From an uncultured Ignavibacteriaceae bacterium (GTDB lineage: Bacteria; Bacteroidota; Ignavibacteria; UBA10030), in the NCBI GenBank assembly GCA_964534125.1, contig CAZHOJ010000004.1:231436-295435 (forward strand): 64,000 bases of DNA. The letters are read 5' to 3'. A model generated the notes under the pieces. It made no database searches. It had not been told where the DNA came from and saw only the letters and a list, made by a program, of their open reading frames with translations. This document shows positions 28,201 through 41,859 of this stretch, one piece after another. Made by a program: the position numbers and the translations under genes. Position 1 is the first letter of the stretch; each line of letters opens with the position of its first letter.

Positions 28201-29940
28201 GTGATGCGCATGTTCCGACTTTCCTTCGCGATGTTCCTTCTGATGCTCCTTCAACGGGGTTGTTCTCCCTCCGACCGGCCGGCAGACCTGCTCGTCATGG
28301 GCGGGAGGGTCGTCACCATGGACCCGGCGATCCCCGAGGCGGAAGCTGTGGCGGTCAAGAATGGCAGGATCGTGGCAGTCGGCAGCATGGATGAGCTTGC
28401 CCCGTATGTGTCCAGCTCAACCACTGTGCTGGATGCCGATGGCGGATTGGTTATCCCGGGGCTGATCGAGGGGCATGGACACTTCCTGGGACTCGGCGAA
28501 GCACACATGGGCCTGGACCTGATGAAGGCCGGCTCGTGGGATGAGATCGTCGCTATGGTACAGGATGCCGCAAAGGAAGCCCGCCCGGGTGAATGGATCA
28601 CGGGACGAGGCTGGCATCAGGAGAAGTGGACCTCCGTGCCGCAGCCCAATGTGGAGGGTTTCCCCTACAATGACGCTCTCACAAGGGCCGCACCGGACAA
28701 TCCCGTCTATCTCAAGCACGCCAGCGGTCATGCATCCGTTGCCAATGCGAAGGCCATGGAGGCCGCAGGCCTGACGGTGTCCACACCCGACCCGGAGGGC
28801 GGGGAGATCATTCGTGACAAGTCCGGGAAACCGATCGGCGTCTTCCGCGAGACCGCTTCGGCTTTTCTGTCAGAAGCCCTGGCGGAATACCTCGACAACC
28901 GCACACCGGAGGAGATCGACCAGGACCTGAGGAAGCAGGCAGACCTTGCCGCCCGTGATGCCCTCTCGAAAGGGATCACGAGTTTCCAGGACGCAGGTTC
29001 TTCTTTCAAAACGATCGATCTTTTTAAGACCCTGGCCGACGAAGGCAAGCTGGGCGTCCGCTTGTGGGTGATGGTCCGGGACTCACTTTTCCTGATGGAG
29101 CAGAACTTCCCTTCCTATCGCATGGTGGGCTACGGAAACGATTTTCTGACGGTCAGGGCCATCAAGTGGTGGATCGACGGAGCACTTGGGTCCCGCGGCG
29201 CCTGGCTGCTCGAGCCGTACGCAGACGCACCCCGGCTGACAGGACTCAAGACAGCCAATACTGACAGCATCATTGCCAGCGAACGCCTCGCCCTCGAACA
29301 TGACCTTCAGATATGTGTCCATGCGATCGGAGACAGGGCGAACAGGGAGGTCCTGGACCTTTTCGAGGCCGTCTTCAAACAGGACCCTTCGCTGAAGGAC
29401 CGTCGGTGGAGGATCGAACATGCACAGCACCTTCATCCCGATGACATTCCGCGGTTCGCCAGGCTCGGGATCATCCCCGCAATGCAGGGGATCCACTGCA
29501 CCTCTGACGCACCGTACGTTGTCGCACGCCTCGGGACACAGCGGGCAGAGGAGGGGGCATACGTCTGGCAGAAACTTCTCACCTCGGGTGCGACGATCGT
29601 CAACGGAACCGACACGCCGGTGGAGGACATCGATCCTATCGCCTGCTACTACGCCTCAGTCACGAGGAAGCTCGCCGATAACAGCACATTCTATCCTGAG
29701 CAGAAAATGTCTCGTGAAGAGGCCCTCCGCTCGTATACCATCGACGCAGCGTACGGGGCCTTTGAGGAGGACATGAAAGGCTCTCTCTCTCCGGGAAAGC
29801 TTGGCGATATCACGGTGTTGTCCAAGGATATTCTGACGATCCCTGACGACGAGATCCGATCGGCGGAAGTTCTCTATACGATCGTGGGGGGCAAGGTGAA
29901 ATATGCACGCGGGAGTACGGCGGCGAAGGAAAGGCCGTAA
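28201..29940 (+). CDS. Amidohydrolase-3 family metal-dependent hydrolase (lipoprotein-like signal)
   Basis: VIPGLIEGHGHFLGLG, ...HAIGDRAN... and ...GTDTPVE motifs of the amidohydrolase superfamily. N-terminal hydrophobic leader with Cys. Confidence 0.75.
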   Translation: MMRMFRLSFAMFLLMLLQRGCSPSDRPADLLVMGGRVVTMDPAIPEAEAVAVKNGRIVAVGSMDELAPYVSSSTTVLDADGGLVIPGLIEGHGHFLGLGEAHMGLDLMKAGSWDEIVAMVQDAAKEARPGEWITGRGWHQEKWTSVPQPNVEGFPYNDALTRAAPDNPVYLKHASGHASVANAKAMEAAGLTVSTPDPEGGEIIRDKSGKPIGVFRETASAFLSEALAEYLDNRTPEEIDQDLRKQADLAARDALSKGITSFQDAGSSFKTIDLFKTLADEGKLGVRLWVMVRDSLFLMEQNFPSYRMVGYGNDFLTVRAIKWWIDGALGSRGAWLLEPYADAPRLTGLKTANTDSIIASERLALEHDLQICVHAIGDRANREVLDLFEAVFKQDPSLKDRRWRIEHAQHLHPDDIPRFARLGIIPAMQGIHCTSDAPYVVARLGTQRAEEGAYVWQKLLTSGATIVNGTDTPVEDIDPIACYYASVTRKLADNSTFYPEQKMSREEALRSYTIDAAYGAFEEDMKGSLSPGKLGDITVLSKDILTIPDDEIRSAEVLYTIVGGKVKYARGSTAAKERP

Positions 29941-29972
29941 CGAGTGAGCCCAGGCCCCTTCCTCACCTGCCG

Positions 29973-31265
29973 ATGAAGCCCTCATCTCTTCTTGGCCACG
30001 TCGTCGAGCTCCTCGGCGACCTGAATGACTCCAGCCTGCCCGCCGATGCGGTGATCAGTTCGTTTTTCCGGGACCGGCGCTACCTCGGCTCACGGGACCG
30101 ACGGTTCATCGCAGAGACCTACTATGGGGTCCTCCGCAACAGGCGACTGTGTGATCATCTGCTCGAGACCACGGGCGATGTGCTCGTCAATGTGACGGAC
30201 GAGGGACGCTCGCTGCTCCGGATCTCCGCCTATCTCCTTGCCGTCGAGCCGTCCACAGATATCCAGATACGGGACATCCTCGAGTTCATCGGGGAAGATA
30301 CGTCTGCGGAGCGGCTACGGCAGGCTCTCGCACTGCTCAGCTCACGCGATCCGCTCGCCCTGGACGCGCTTCCGGACGGACTCCGATGGTCATTTCCGGA
30401 CTGGATGGTCGAACGATTCACCGAAGAGTACGGCGAGACGACCCTGCCCGTGCTTCTCCGGACCATGAACACACCCGCACCGCTTTCGCTGCGTGTGAAC
30501 ATGCTCGCGACGACAGTGGACGCATGCCGGCAAAGACTGTCGGACGAGGGCGTTCCGTCAGAGCCGGGGGAACTGGCAGAGACATGCCTCGTGCTGGGCA
30601 GGCGGCTGAATGTTTTTGCACTCACATCATTCAGGGAGGGGTGGTTCGAGGTGCAGGATGAGGGGAGCCAGCTTCTTGTGCAGGCGGCGGACCCGAAGCC
30701 GACGTTCAGAGTGCTGGACATGTGTGCAGGAGCAGGAGGCAAGACGCTTGCCATGTCTGCGCACATGAAGAACCGGGGGGAGATCGTCGCCACGGACACA
30801 TCGTCGTACCGGTTGAAGGAACTCCGTAAAAGGATGCGTCGTGCTGGTGCGGGGAATATCCGTATCCGGGAGGATCTTCTGGAACAGGAGTCTACGGATA
30901 CCTTCGACCTCGTTTTCGTCGATGCACCCTGTACAGGCGTCGGAACGATCCGGCGCAATCCGGGGATGAAGTGGACCGTGACGGAGGAGATGGTGGGAGA
31001 ACTTGCGGCCAAACAGACGAAAATTCTTACAAGAGCAGCGACACACGTGAAACCCGGCGGTTTGCTCGTCTACGCGACGTGTTCGATGTTCAAAGAGGAG
31101 AATGAGGAGGTCGTCGAACGGTTCCTGCGGGATCACCCGGCATTCGCACCGGAGTCACGCGAAGCGGCCCCCGGAGTTGCCGGCCCTGCATTCAGACTCG
31201 ATCCGCACACGCACGGGACGGACGGATTCTATTGTGCCTTTCTGCGCTTGGCACGGGGCGTCTAG
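29973..31265 (+). CDS. 16S rRNA m5C methyltransferase, RsmB/Sun (NOL1/NOP2) family
   Basis: VLDMCAGAGGKT, FDLVFVDAPCTGVGTIRRNP and LVYATCS SAM-MTase/Sun motifs. Confidence 0.8.
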   Translation: MKPSSLLGHVVELLGDLNDSSLPADAVISSFFRDRRYLGSRDRRFIAETYYGVLRNRRLCDHLLETTGDVLVNVTDEGRSLLRISAYLLAVEPSTDIQIRDILEFIGEDTSAERLRQALALLSSRDPLALDALPDGLRWSFPDWMVERFTEEYGETTLPVLLRTMNTPAPLSLRVNMLATTVDACRQRLSDEGVPSEPGELAETCLVLGRRLNVFALTSFREGWFEVQDEGSQLLVQAADPKPTFRVLDMCAGAGGKTLAMSAHMKNRGEIVATDTSSYRLKELRKRMRRAGAGNIRIREDLLEQESTDTFDLVFVDAPCTGVGTIRRNPGMKWTVTEEMVGELAAKQTKILTRAATHVKPGGLLVYATCSMFKEENEEVVERFLRDHPAFAPESREAAPGVAGPAFRLDPHTHGTDGFYCAFLRLARGV

Positions 31266-31272
31266 GGAAGGA

Positions 31273-32052
31273 TCACGGGAGGGACCATGCTTCCCGCCTG
31301 GCCTGATATTCGCTCTCAGGCAGCTGAACAAGGATGGGATGCGCGGTCGGAGAAAGCCATTCCATGATCTCCAGGAGACCGTCTTTGTCCAGTGACGTGC
31401 ATCCGGAGGTCGGCTCGGTCGCCCCTCCCCATACGTGAAGAAAGATGCAGGAGCCGCCCCCCGCTATCCGCGGGTCCGAATTGTGCCCGACGATGATCCC
31501 CCATTCGTAGTACTTGCCGCTCCGATTCATCCGCTCCGAGCTCTTCCAATCGACGGTCCTGACATTCTTCCTGTCCACGACCTTGTTGTAGTAGCTCGAT
31601 GACGGGTCGTCGATGCATTCGTCGGTGGAATCGAGGGGCAGATAAGGCATGCTGAACCTTTCCGCCTCGGATTCCGGCGCATACCCGTACAACATGTCGA
31701 GGGTGAAAACTCCCGCCGGCGATCTGTTGTCGCCCTCCTTCTTCACTGGCCCATCTCCGATGGCCGCACCGTGCAGTCCTGTACCCCAGCCAAGCCCTTT
31801 GCTCCCGAGCGTCATTCCCATCGGTTCATGCACTTCCAGCCACGTGTCGTCATCGCTCCCACGCTCGAAGGTTCTGACCGTCCCGGAGGATGCATCCCAT
31901 CCCGATGTCGTGACGAGGACCATCTGGCGTGATCCGAGCGTGGGGACGATGAAACCGTCATGAACAGGGGCCGAAGCGGGCTGAGCAACAGCTCCAACGA
32001 CCGTACATATGATCGCTATCGCTGCAGCGTGGGGGCGGACGGTGAGATTCAT
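31273..32052 (-). CDS. Secreted L,D-transpeptidase-like (YkuD-fold) protein
   Basis: Signal peptide; GGGSCIFLHVW...TSGCTSL resembles the His...(S/T)xGC catalytic motif of YkuD domains. Confidence 0.5.
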   Translation of the reverse strand: MNLTVRPHAAAIAIICTVVGAVAQPASAPVHDGFIVPTLGSRQMVLVTTSGWDASSGTVRTFERGSDDDTWLEVHEPMGMTLGSKGLGWGTGLHGAAIGDGPVKKEGDNRSPAGVFTLDMLYGYAPESEAERFSMPYLPLDSTDECIDDPSSSYYNKVVDRKNVRTVDWKSSERMNRSGKYYEWGIIVGHNSDPRIAGGGSCIFLHVWGGATEPTSGCTSLDKDGLLEIMEWLSPTAHPILVQLPESEYQARREAWSLP

Positions 32053-32141
32053 GCGAGATTCTTCTTACGAAACATGGAGATTCTGGGTATATTCCTGTTT
32101 ACGTTCAGCCAACTTAGTGATTTCACAGGAGAGATTCAGCC

Positions 32142-32618
32142 GTGACGAAGACAACATTCCTGCTTCCCCTTTCCCTGATCTTCCTCGTTGCCTGCGGACC
32201 ACAAACCGAACCTGAGATCTTTGATGCAGCGGTCGGAGCGCAGCGGATGGAGAAGTATGAGGATGCGATATCCCTGTTCGAACGCCTCCTCGAGGAGTAT
32301 CCTCAGGCCGAGAAGCTACCGGATGCATACTATGCGCTCGGTGTCCTGTATCAGGACCAGCGGAAGGACTTCACGAAGGCCATTGACATGTACACGAAGC
32401 TGTACGAGTCGTATCCTGAGAGCCCGACCGCTTCGAACGCGCTCTTCATGGTCGGCTTCCTGCAGCATAACGAGCTGAAGGACCTGGAGGCGGCGCGGAA
32501 GACCTACGGCACGTTCCTCGAGCGCTATCCCGACAGCCCCCTGGTCGCATCGGCACGGTTCGAGTTGGACAACCTCGGCAAGGACGCATCGGAGGTGTTC
32601 GGCAATATCAATGACTGA
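32142..32618 (+). CDS. TPR-repeat lipoprotein (YbgF-like)
   Basis: Lipobox LVACG; TPR-like repeats (DAYYALGVLYQ, NALFMVGFL); GTG start. Confidence 0.65.
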   Translation: MTKTTFLLPLSLIFLVACGPQTEPEIFDAAVGAQRMEKYEDAISLFERLLEEYPQAEKLPDAYYALGVLYQDQRKDFTKAIDMYTKLYESYPESPTASNALFMVGFLQHNELKDLEAARKTYGTFLERYPDSPLVASARFELDNLGKDASEVFGNIND

Positions 32619-33537
32619 GCATCCGGACACCCGTACGGATACCGCTGAAGCCCTTTCGTACCTTCAGCCGGACGTCGTCGCACAGCTCGCGTCGATGGAG
32701 TTGCGGGCGCGCTTCGTTGTTGAAGGGTACATGGCGGGACTCCACCGGAGCCCGTACCATGGATTCAGTATCGAGTTTACCGAACACCGCCCCTACCTGC
32801 CCGGGGATGACATCAAGCGAATCGACTGGAAGGCCTACGCCAAGACCGACCGGTTCTACATCAAACAGTTCGAGGAAGAGACGAACCTCAGGACGACGCT
32901 CATCGTCGATGCGTCGGCCTCGATGGGATTCAGTACCGGCGGGCGGCTGACGAAGCTCCAGTACGGATCATACACGGCGGCAGCGCTTGCCTATCTGATG
33001 GTCCAGCAGCGCGATGCGGTCGGCCTCGTCCTGTTCGATGAGGAACAGCGGGTTGCCCTCCGTCCCCGGTCCACCCGGTCCCATCTCAGACTGGTGTGGA
33101 AGGAGCTCGAGAACGCCAATCCTGGGGCGAAGACCCGGACGGCCGATGTCCTGCATCTCATCGCCGAATCGCTCACCCGCCGGGGGCTCGTCATCCTGTT
33201 GAGCGATCTCTTCGACGAGCCGGACGACGTCATGAAGGCGCTCAAGCATTTCCGGCACAAAGGCAATGAAGTCATCGTGATGCATGTACTGGACCCCCTC
33301 GAGCGGTCGTTCGCGTTCGATGGTGAAGCGGTCTTCCGCGATATGGAGACAAGTGAGGAGATGACCACTCACCCCTGGCATATCCGCAAGGCATATGCGG
33401 AAGCGATGGCAGAGTTCGTACGCACCTACAAAGCCCGATGCCGCGAGGCCTCGATCGACTACGCACTGATGGACACATCAACGCCGTTCGATAGCGCCCT
33501 GACAGAATATCTGCAGTTCCGTTCCCGGCTGCATTGA
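32611..33537 (+). CDS. DUF58 domain-containing (vWA-like) protein
   Basis: RxYxPGDDIKRIDWKAYAKTDR hallmark and a TTLIVDASASMGF vWA-like core. Confidence 0.8.
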   Translation: MTEHPDTRTDTAEALSYLQPDVVAQLASMELRARFVVEGYMAGLHRSPYHGFSIEFTEHRPYLPGDDIKRIDWKAYAKTDRFYIKQFEEETNLRTTLIVDASASMGFSTGGRLTKLQYGSYTAAALAYLMVQQRDAVGLVLFDEEQRVALRPRSTRSHLRLVWKELENANPGAKTRTADVLHLIAESLTRRGLVILLSDLFDEPDDVMKALKHFRHKGNEVIVMHVLDPLERSFAFDGEAVFRDMETSEEMTTHPWHIRKAYAEAMAEFVRTYKARCREASIDYALMDTSTPFDSALTEYLQFRSRLH

Positions 33538-33572
33538 TCGAGAACAACGTGTAAGAGGGGAAACGCGAACAT

Positions 33573-33621
33573 ACGAAGGAGCCTTCGGTGAACGCCCATT
33601 CGTCTCCTTCGTGATGTTTTT
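33573..33621 (+). terminator. Candidate intrinsic terminator after the DUF58 gene
   Basis: ACGAAGGAG / CTCCTTCGT 9-bp stem (33573-33581 / 33604-33612) with a 22-nt loop, followed by GATGTTTTT. Confidence 0.4.
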
Positions 33622-33660
33622 CCCCTCCATTCACCCCTTCATCCACCGCAGCCCGAAAGC

Positions 33661-36561
<2,901 letters not shown>

Positions 36562-36574
36562 CGCTGCTTTGAGT

Positions 36575-37183
36575 TCAGCGGACGACCCTGAGGTCTGATA
36601 TCCACTCGCTTCCACGCACAAAGAATCTCCATTTTCGATCTCTGCCATTCCGAATGCCGACCCGTTGTGACCGGCCAATGCTGATCCTCTCGCCAGGTTG
36701 AGGCCTGGCCAGGAAGAGATGCTGTGAGTCGAGCGGGATACCGTTCTGGCTGCGACCGATGCTGAACGCCTCACACAAACGTGCCGGTCCGCGGCAGAGG
36801 TTGCGGACCTCTGTGCGGGATCCGAGGGCTTTCCTTCCGTATCGACGCAGAGCCATCGTCTCCAGTCCAATGAGGGGCTCGACAGCGCGGAGAAGCACGG
36901 CCTCTCCTTCACCTTCCGCTCCGGTCACCACATTCATGCAGAAATGCATCCCGTACGTGAAGTAGACATACAGATGGCCGCCGGGGCCGAACATCACCGC
37001 GTTGCGGTGCGTTCTCCCTCTGTAGCTGTGCGAAGCCGGGTCGTCCCCGCGATACGCTTCGACCTCGACGATCCGTCCGGTCACCGTCGTGCCACGGACA
37101 CGACGTATGAGGGTACAGCCCAGCAGGTCCGGTGCCACCCGGAGAACCGGGCGCTGGAAGAAGGAGCGTGGGAGTGGTTCCAT
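36575..37183 (-). CDS. mpg: DNA-3-methyladenine glycosylase (Mpg/AAG family)
   Basis: RIVEVEAYRGDDPASHSYRGRTHRNAVMFGPGGHLYVYFTYGMHFCMNVV is a typical Mpg core; start chosen at MEPLPRSFF. Confidence 0.85.
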   Translation of the reverse strand: MEPLPRSFFQRPVLRVAPDLLGCTLIRRVRGTTVTGRIVEVEAYRGDDPASHSYRGRTHRNAVMFGPGGHLYVYFTYGMHFCMNVVTGAEGEGEAVLLRAVEPLIGLETMALRRYGRKALGSRTEVRNLCRGPARLCEAFSIGRSQNGIPLDSQHLFLARPQPGERISIGRSQRVGIRNGRDRKWRFFVRGSEWISDLRVVR

Positions 37184-37225
37184 AGCGGTTTGCAGGAATG
37201 ATTTGGACAAGGATTCAGTATCTTT

Positions 37226-38035
37226 ATGCACAGAGACACGATGTCTCCGCCATCAGCTACCATGACCCGTCTGACCCGCTTCAATATTCGTTCCCATGAC
37301 GTGAATGTCATTCACGAGGACGATGATATCCTGGTCCTCGATAAACCGGCCGGCCTTCTGGTGCTGCCCGACAGGTTCGACCCCGGCATTCCCTCCGTCG
37401 TTTCCCTCTTCAAGGCGGGAGGCGACGAGGTGTTCATCGTCCATCGGATCGACAAGGACACCAGCGGCTGTCTTGTCCTCGCCCTGACGCCGGATGCCCA
37501 TGCATTCCTCAGCCAGGAGTTCAGTTCTCATCGCGTCGGAAAGGTGTACAGCGCCATCTGCCATGGCCGGTTGGAGCAGGATGACGCCGTGGTCGATCTT
37601 CCTATCGGTGAGCATCAGGCGACCCACACGATGCGAATCGATCAGAAGAACGGAAAGCCGAGTGAGACCGCCATCTCCGTCAAGGAGCGCTTCCAGGGAT
37701 TCATGCTTGTCGAAGCCCATCCCCGTACCGGCCGTACACATCAGATACGCGTTCATCTGAAGGCGCTTGGATGCCCTATCCTGTCCGATCCCCTGTATGG
37801 GAACGGCCGGGCGTTCTACCTGTCGCGAACGAAACGGGACTATCGGAAGGGGAAGGAAGAAGAAAAGCCGCTCCTTGCGAGAACGGCTCTTCATGCTTCA
37901 TCGATCGAGCTTCTCCATCCGCGGTCGCATCAGCCCGTCACCTTCTCTGCCCCGCTTCCAAAGGATATGCGGTCTGTGGTCCGCATGCTCCGGAAGTATG
38001 CACCTCCTCCACGACAATCTGGTCCTGCCGAATAG
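37226..38035 (+). CDS. RluA-family pseudouridine synthase (start may be 37244 or 37262)
   Basis: HRIDKDTSGCLVLA catalytic-Asp motif and a RluA-like fold; no S4 domain. Confidence 0.8.
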   Translation: MHRDTMSPPSATMTRLTRFNIRSHDVNVIHEDDDILVLDKPAGLLVLPDRFDPGIPSVVSLFKAGGDEVFIVHRIDKDTSGCLVLALTPDAHAFLSQEFSSHRVGKVYSAICHGRLEQDDAVVDLPIGEHQATHTMRIDQKNGKPSETAISVKERFQGFMLVEAHPRTGRTHQIRVHLKALGCPILSDPLYGNGRAFYLSRTKRDYRKGKEEEKPLLARTALHASSIELLHPRSHQPVTFSAPLPKDMRSVVRMLRKYAPPPRQSGPAE

Positions 38036-38062
38036 CTGTTCAGTCTCTCCAGTTCCCTTCTC

Positions 38063-38545
38063 TCAGAGCTTATACCCGATGGTCCGGAGCAGCGCTTTCC
38101 GATCAGCAATATCCTTCTCGTTCTCGATCCCCTTCGTCCTGAAACCATCGATGACACCGACGACCCCGCGCCCTTGGTCGGACTCGACGATGAGCACCTC
38201 AGTCGGGTTGGCGGTGGCGCAGAAGATGCGGCACACCTCGGGGACATTTTTGACCGCGTTCAGGATGTTGACAGGGAAGCCATGCTGCATGAAGAGGATG
38301 AACGAATGCCCGCAGGAGAGGGCGAGCGCATTCTTCTGGGCGAGCTCAATGAGCGCGGGGTCGTTGCCTGCCCAACGCACCAGGCACGGTCCGGAGGCCT
38401 CACAGAAGGCCAGCCCGAACTTCATCTGTGGATTCGTCTGAACGACAGCTTCAAAGATATCCTCGACGGTCTTGATGAAGTGAGACTGTCCGAGGATGAA
38501 GTTCATCTCCTCGGGCTTCTCGATGCGGACTGAGACGATGTTCAT
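38063..38545 (-). CDS. Adenosine-specific kinase family (PF04008-like) protein
   Basis: 160 aa; [20 protein letters not shown]...[52 protein letters not shown] 4 nt upstream of the ATG at 38545. Confidence 0.6.
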   Translation of the reverse strand: MNIVSVRIEKPEEMNFILGQSHFIKTVEDIFEAVVQTNPQMKFGLAFCEASGPCLVRWAGNDPALIELAQKNALALSCGHSFILFMQHGFPVNILNAVKNVPEVCRIFCATANPTEVLIVESDQGRGVVGVIDGFRTKGIENEKDIADRKALLRTIGYKL

Positions 38546-39978
38546 GGTGCCTCCTGGTGTGTGGCGTTGGAGGGGGGTGCGTAAAGGTCGATAACCCGTT
38601 CGAGGCCGCCCTGGCATGCAGGGCAGAACGGGACGTCATTCCGCGTGAACATGATGCAATCGATCGCCGACCTGTAGTACGCCTTGGCGTCGTAGTTCGC
38701 CCCCTGGAACGCGCCGATGCTCTTTGCATGCCGGGCATTCCCGAAAAGTTCGTGCTCCTTCCCCTGTTCCTCCCGGAAAAGTGCCGACATCTCGGATTCA
38801 GGCCTGTTCTGTGCACGGATCTCTCTCCTGCGTGCCTGAATGTCGCGCTGCATCGCTTCGAACTCCTCCTTCGGCCATGGGGTCGGGATGGGAGTCCCCG
38901 GCGTTACCTTGTCCTTCCACTTGAGGTTGTCCGGATCGAGCAGCGCCGTCGCGTTCGGCATCCAGGGCTCCGTGATCTTCGCCGGGGCCTGGTAGGCGGT
39001 GGGGGACGTGTAGTACTCATCTGCCAGACCGGCAAAGTGATGGCCGAACTCATGGATGAAGACGTAGTCGGCCCAGTCGTTGTCGATGGCGACCGTTGCG
39101 AACAGGTTGTAGATCCCGCCGCCGCCGTACGTCTCGTTATTGACGAGTATCTCGACGAACTCGTAGGGCGCCCAGCAGGCAGCCTCCCGCAGCGCTTTGT
39201 TGTCGAAGGTCAGGATGTATCTTTCAGAACCGAAGGCGTCATATGTGGACCCGATCGGATTGGACCGATGGATGCCGGTCGAAGGACGGGAGACGCCGGA
39301 CTGGTCGGACGGGGGAACGATACCCCACACGTTGAACCGCGACCTGTTCGAACGGAAGGGCTCATGACGGAAGAACTCCTCCGTCACCCGCTGTGCGTCG
39401 CTCACGAACTTCTCCCTCTCCGCTGCCGTGTATCCGTCCCCGAGCAGGAGAATGTCGACCGATACCGCCGGATCACCGTTCCGTTCGATCGGAATAAGCT
39501 CCTGCTTCGCAGGATCAGCCCGGTGAATGAACATGTCTGCAGGATCGACACGCTGCGTCCACACTGTGCCGTATGTTCCATCGGATGTTCTGCGGAGGAT
39601 GATAACATCGACAGGTTCAGCGGGGCCGGGGAACCGAAGGGACTCGTGAAAGGTCCGGTTGATCTGTCCCGCTTCCTCAGTCGTGATCCACTCTGCGAAA
39701 ATTGAACTGAACCCCCGCGCGTACGTCACGGCGCCCGCCGCAGTCCTGACCTCCCAGCGGTAATCACCGGTCATCAATGGATCCACAAATCCTTTCGTGT
39801 ACCCCGGGAACGTCAATGGCTCGACCACGATACGGTCGAGGCTGAATGCCTCGAGCCCCGGCCCGCCGGTATGGAAGTAATCAAGCCGCCATGTCGTCGG
39901 TTGGGGAGATTGAGCGGATAAGGTATTGGCAAGAAGGATGATGAAGAGGAGGGACAGGGTCGGATATGGTGTTCTCAT
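38542..39978 (-). CDS. M64-family (IgA-peptidase-like) zinc metallopeptidase, secreted
   Basis: Signal peptide [24 protein letters not shown]; [14 protein letters not shown] HExxH zinc motif; ATGA overlap with the downstream kinase-family gene. Confidence 0.75.
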   Translation of the reverse strand: MRTPYPTLSLLFIILLANTLSAQSPQPTTWRLDYFHTGGPGLEAFSLDRIVVEPLTFPGYTKGFVDPLMTGDYRWEVRTAAGAVTYARGFSSIFAEWITTEEAGQINRTFHESLRFPGPAEPVDVIILRRTSDGTYGTVWTQRVDPADMFIHRADPAKQELIPIERNGDPAVSVDILLLGDGYTAAEREKFVSDAQRVTEEFFRHEPFRSNRSRFNVWGIVPPSDQSGVSRPSTGIHRSNPIGSTYDAFGSERYILTFDNKALREAACWAPYEFVEILVNNETYGGGGIYNLFATVAIDNDWADYVFIHEFGHHFAGLADEYYTSPTAYQAPAKITEPWMPNATALLDPDNLKWKDKVTPGTPIPTPWPKEEFEAMQRDIQARRREIRAQNRPESEMSALFREEQGKEHELFGNARHAKSIGAFQGANYDAKAYYRSAIDCIMFTRNDVPFCPACQGGLERVIDLYAPPSNATHQEAP

Positions 39979-39991
39979 TCGGGACTCCGTG

Positions 39992-41032
39992 TCATAGTTC
40001 AAGGTTCTCCTGGCCGCTGCGGGTATGGCGCGTGACGCCAAGGTGCAGATAGGCAAGATCGGTGGCCTCCCTGCCGCGGGGTGTCCGGTGGATGAAGCCG
40101 GTCTGGATGAGGAACGGCTCGTAGACCTCTTCGAGCGTCCCGCCTTCCTCGCCGACCGCTACGGCGAGCGTGCTGATGCCGACAGGGCCCCCCTTGTATT
40201 TCTCGACGAGGGCGCTCAGAATCCGCTTGTCCATATCGTCGAGGCCGTATCGATCGACCTCCAGGGCCTGCAATGCCGTCTGGGCGACCTCCAGGGTCAG
40301 CACTCCTTTTGCATGGACGAGAGCAGGGTCGGCCTGAGCAAAATCACGGCACCGTCGGAGGAGCCTGTTCGCAATGCGTGGCGTTCCCCGCGACCTGCGC
40401 GCGATCTCCTCGATGGCATCTTCTTCAGAACGCACCTTCAGCAGCTTGGCTGACCGGCGGAGGATCCGGACGACCTGCTCGGTACTGTAGTAGTCGAGCC
40501 TGTTGCTGATGCCGAACCGAGAGCGAAGGGGGGAACTGAGAAGTCCTGCCCGGGTCGTAGCCCCGACGAGCGTGAACGGCTGAAGCCCCAACTGGACGGT
40601 TCGCGCTCCCGGCCCGCTCTCGATGATGATATCGACCCTGAAATCCTCCATGGCCGCATAGAGGTATTCTTCGATCTTTGCCGGCAGCCGGTGGATCTCG
40701 TCGATGAACAGCACGTCGTATGGTTCGAGGGAGGTGAGGATACCGGCCAGGTCGCCGGGTTTCTCGAGGGCAGGCCCCGATGTGACCCGTATGCGGGTGC
40801 CCAGCTCGTGCGAAATGATGTGGGAGAGGGTCGTTTTGCCCAGGCCGGGGGGACCGGTCAGAAGGACATGGTCGAGCGGCTCCTTGCGTTTTCGGGCCGC
40901 TGCGATGAATATCTTCAGGTTCTCAACGATCGACTCCTGGCCCACGAACTCCATGAACACCGCAGGACGAAGCGCGCGGTCAGATTCGAGATCCTGTGGG
41001 GTCGCGTCGGGGCGGGTGGTGTCGTTTCGCAT
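39992..41032 (-). CDS. ruvB: Holliday junction branch-migration ATPase RuvB
   Basis: [17 protein letters not shown] Walker [12 protein letters not shown] Walker B, RuvB C-terminal winged helix. Confidence 0.95.
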   Translation of the reverse strand: MRNDTTRPDATPQDLESDRALRPAVFMEFVGQESIVENLKIFIAAARKRKEPLDHVLLTGPPGLGKTTLSHIISHELGTRIRVTSGPALEKPGDLAGILTSLEPYDVLFIDEIHRLPAKIEEYLYAAMEDFRVDIIIESGPGARTVQLGLQPFTLVGATTRAGLLSSPLRSRFGISNRLDYYSTEQVVRILRRSAKLLKVRSEEDAIEEIARRSRGTPRIANRLLRRCRDFAQADPALVHAKGVLTLEVAQTALQALEVDRYGLDDMDKRILSALVEKYKGGPVGISTLAVAVGEEGGTLEEVYEPFLIQTGFIHRTPRGREATDLAYLHLGVTRHTRSGQENLEL

Positions 41033-41250
41033 GCGATGAATCTAGCGAGAAAGGGAGGGAGGTGCAAGGATGTACCGGGAGGAAAGGGAAAGAGGGGAAT
41101 GCGGCAAGCGAAAAGTGAAAAGCGAAGAGTGAAACGTGTGGAGTCTGCAGGATGGATCTATGACGAGGCTACATCAGCAACAGCGCGACATCCACATTTC
41201 GCTTTTCGCCCCCCTGCTTTACGATCCTATTCCTTTTCGCCACGAAAGAC

Positions 41251-41859
41251 CTACTTTGCCCCTGTCATCCTCAGCGCCATCTTCACCAGGTCTTCGACGG
41301 TCAGATCACGCGAGGCATCTTCGCTCAGTGCAGAACGGACGGCCTTCTCTGCAACGGACCGTTGGTAACCGAGGGCGAGGAGCGCCTCAAGAGCCTCCGT
41401 GCGGACTTCCATGGGGGTCGACGAGCGTACAGCGACCGCGTCCCGGCCTCCGCCAGCCTTCTCCAGCTTCTCGCGCAGTTCGATGACGATCCGTTCAGCG
41501 GTCTTCTTCCCGATGCCGGGAATGCCGGTCAGGGCCTTCGTGTTGCCGGTGCCGATGAGCGAGCGAAGGTCCGTCGAGGAAATGCCCGACAGGATGTTCT
41601 GCGCAAGACGGGGGCCGATCCCGTTGACGGCGATGAGGTTCCTGAACATCATGCGTTCATCCTCGGTGGCGAACCCGAACAGGACGAGCGCATCTTCGCG
41701 GACCTGGAGGTATGTGAGGAGTGTGACAGTCATTCCCGCGTCGCCGAGGGAAGAGAATGTCGAGAGAGGAATGTTCACCGCATAGCCGACGCCGTGGACG
41801 TCGAGGACGATCTCGGTCGGCGTCTTGGAGACGAGTTGTCCTGTGAGAGTGGCGATCAT
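41251..41859 (-). CDS. ruvA: Holliday junction DNA helicase RuvA
   Basis: MIATLTGQLV...VLDVHGVGYAVNIP OB-fold N-terminus, HhH motifs (GIGPRLAQNIL, GIGKKTAERIV). Confidence 0.95.
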   Translation of the reverse strand: MIATLTGQLVSKTPTEIVLDVHGVGYAVNIPLSTFSSLGDAGMTVTLLTYLQVREDALVLFGFATEDERMMFRNLIAVNGIGPRLAQNILSGISSTDLRSLIGTGNTKALTGIPGIGKKTAERIVIELREKLEKAGGGRDAVAVRSSTPMEVRTEALEALLALGYQRSVAEKAVRSALSEDASRDLTVEDLVKMALRMTGAK

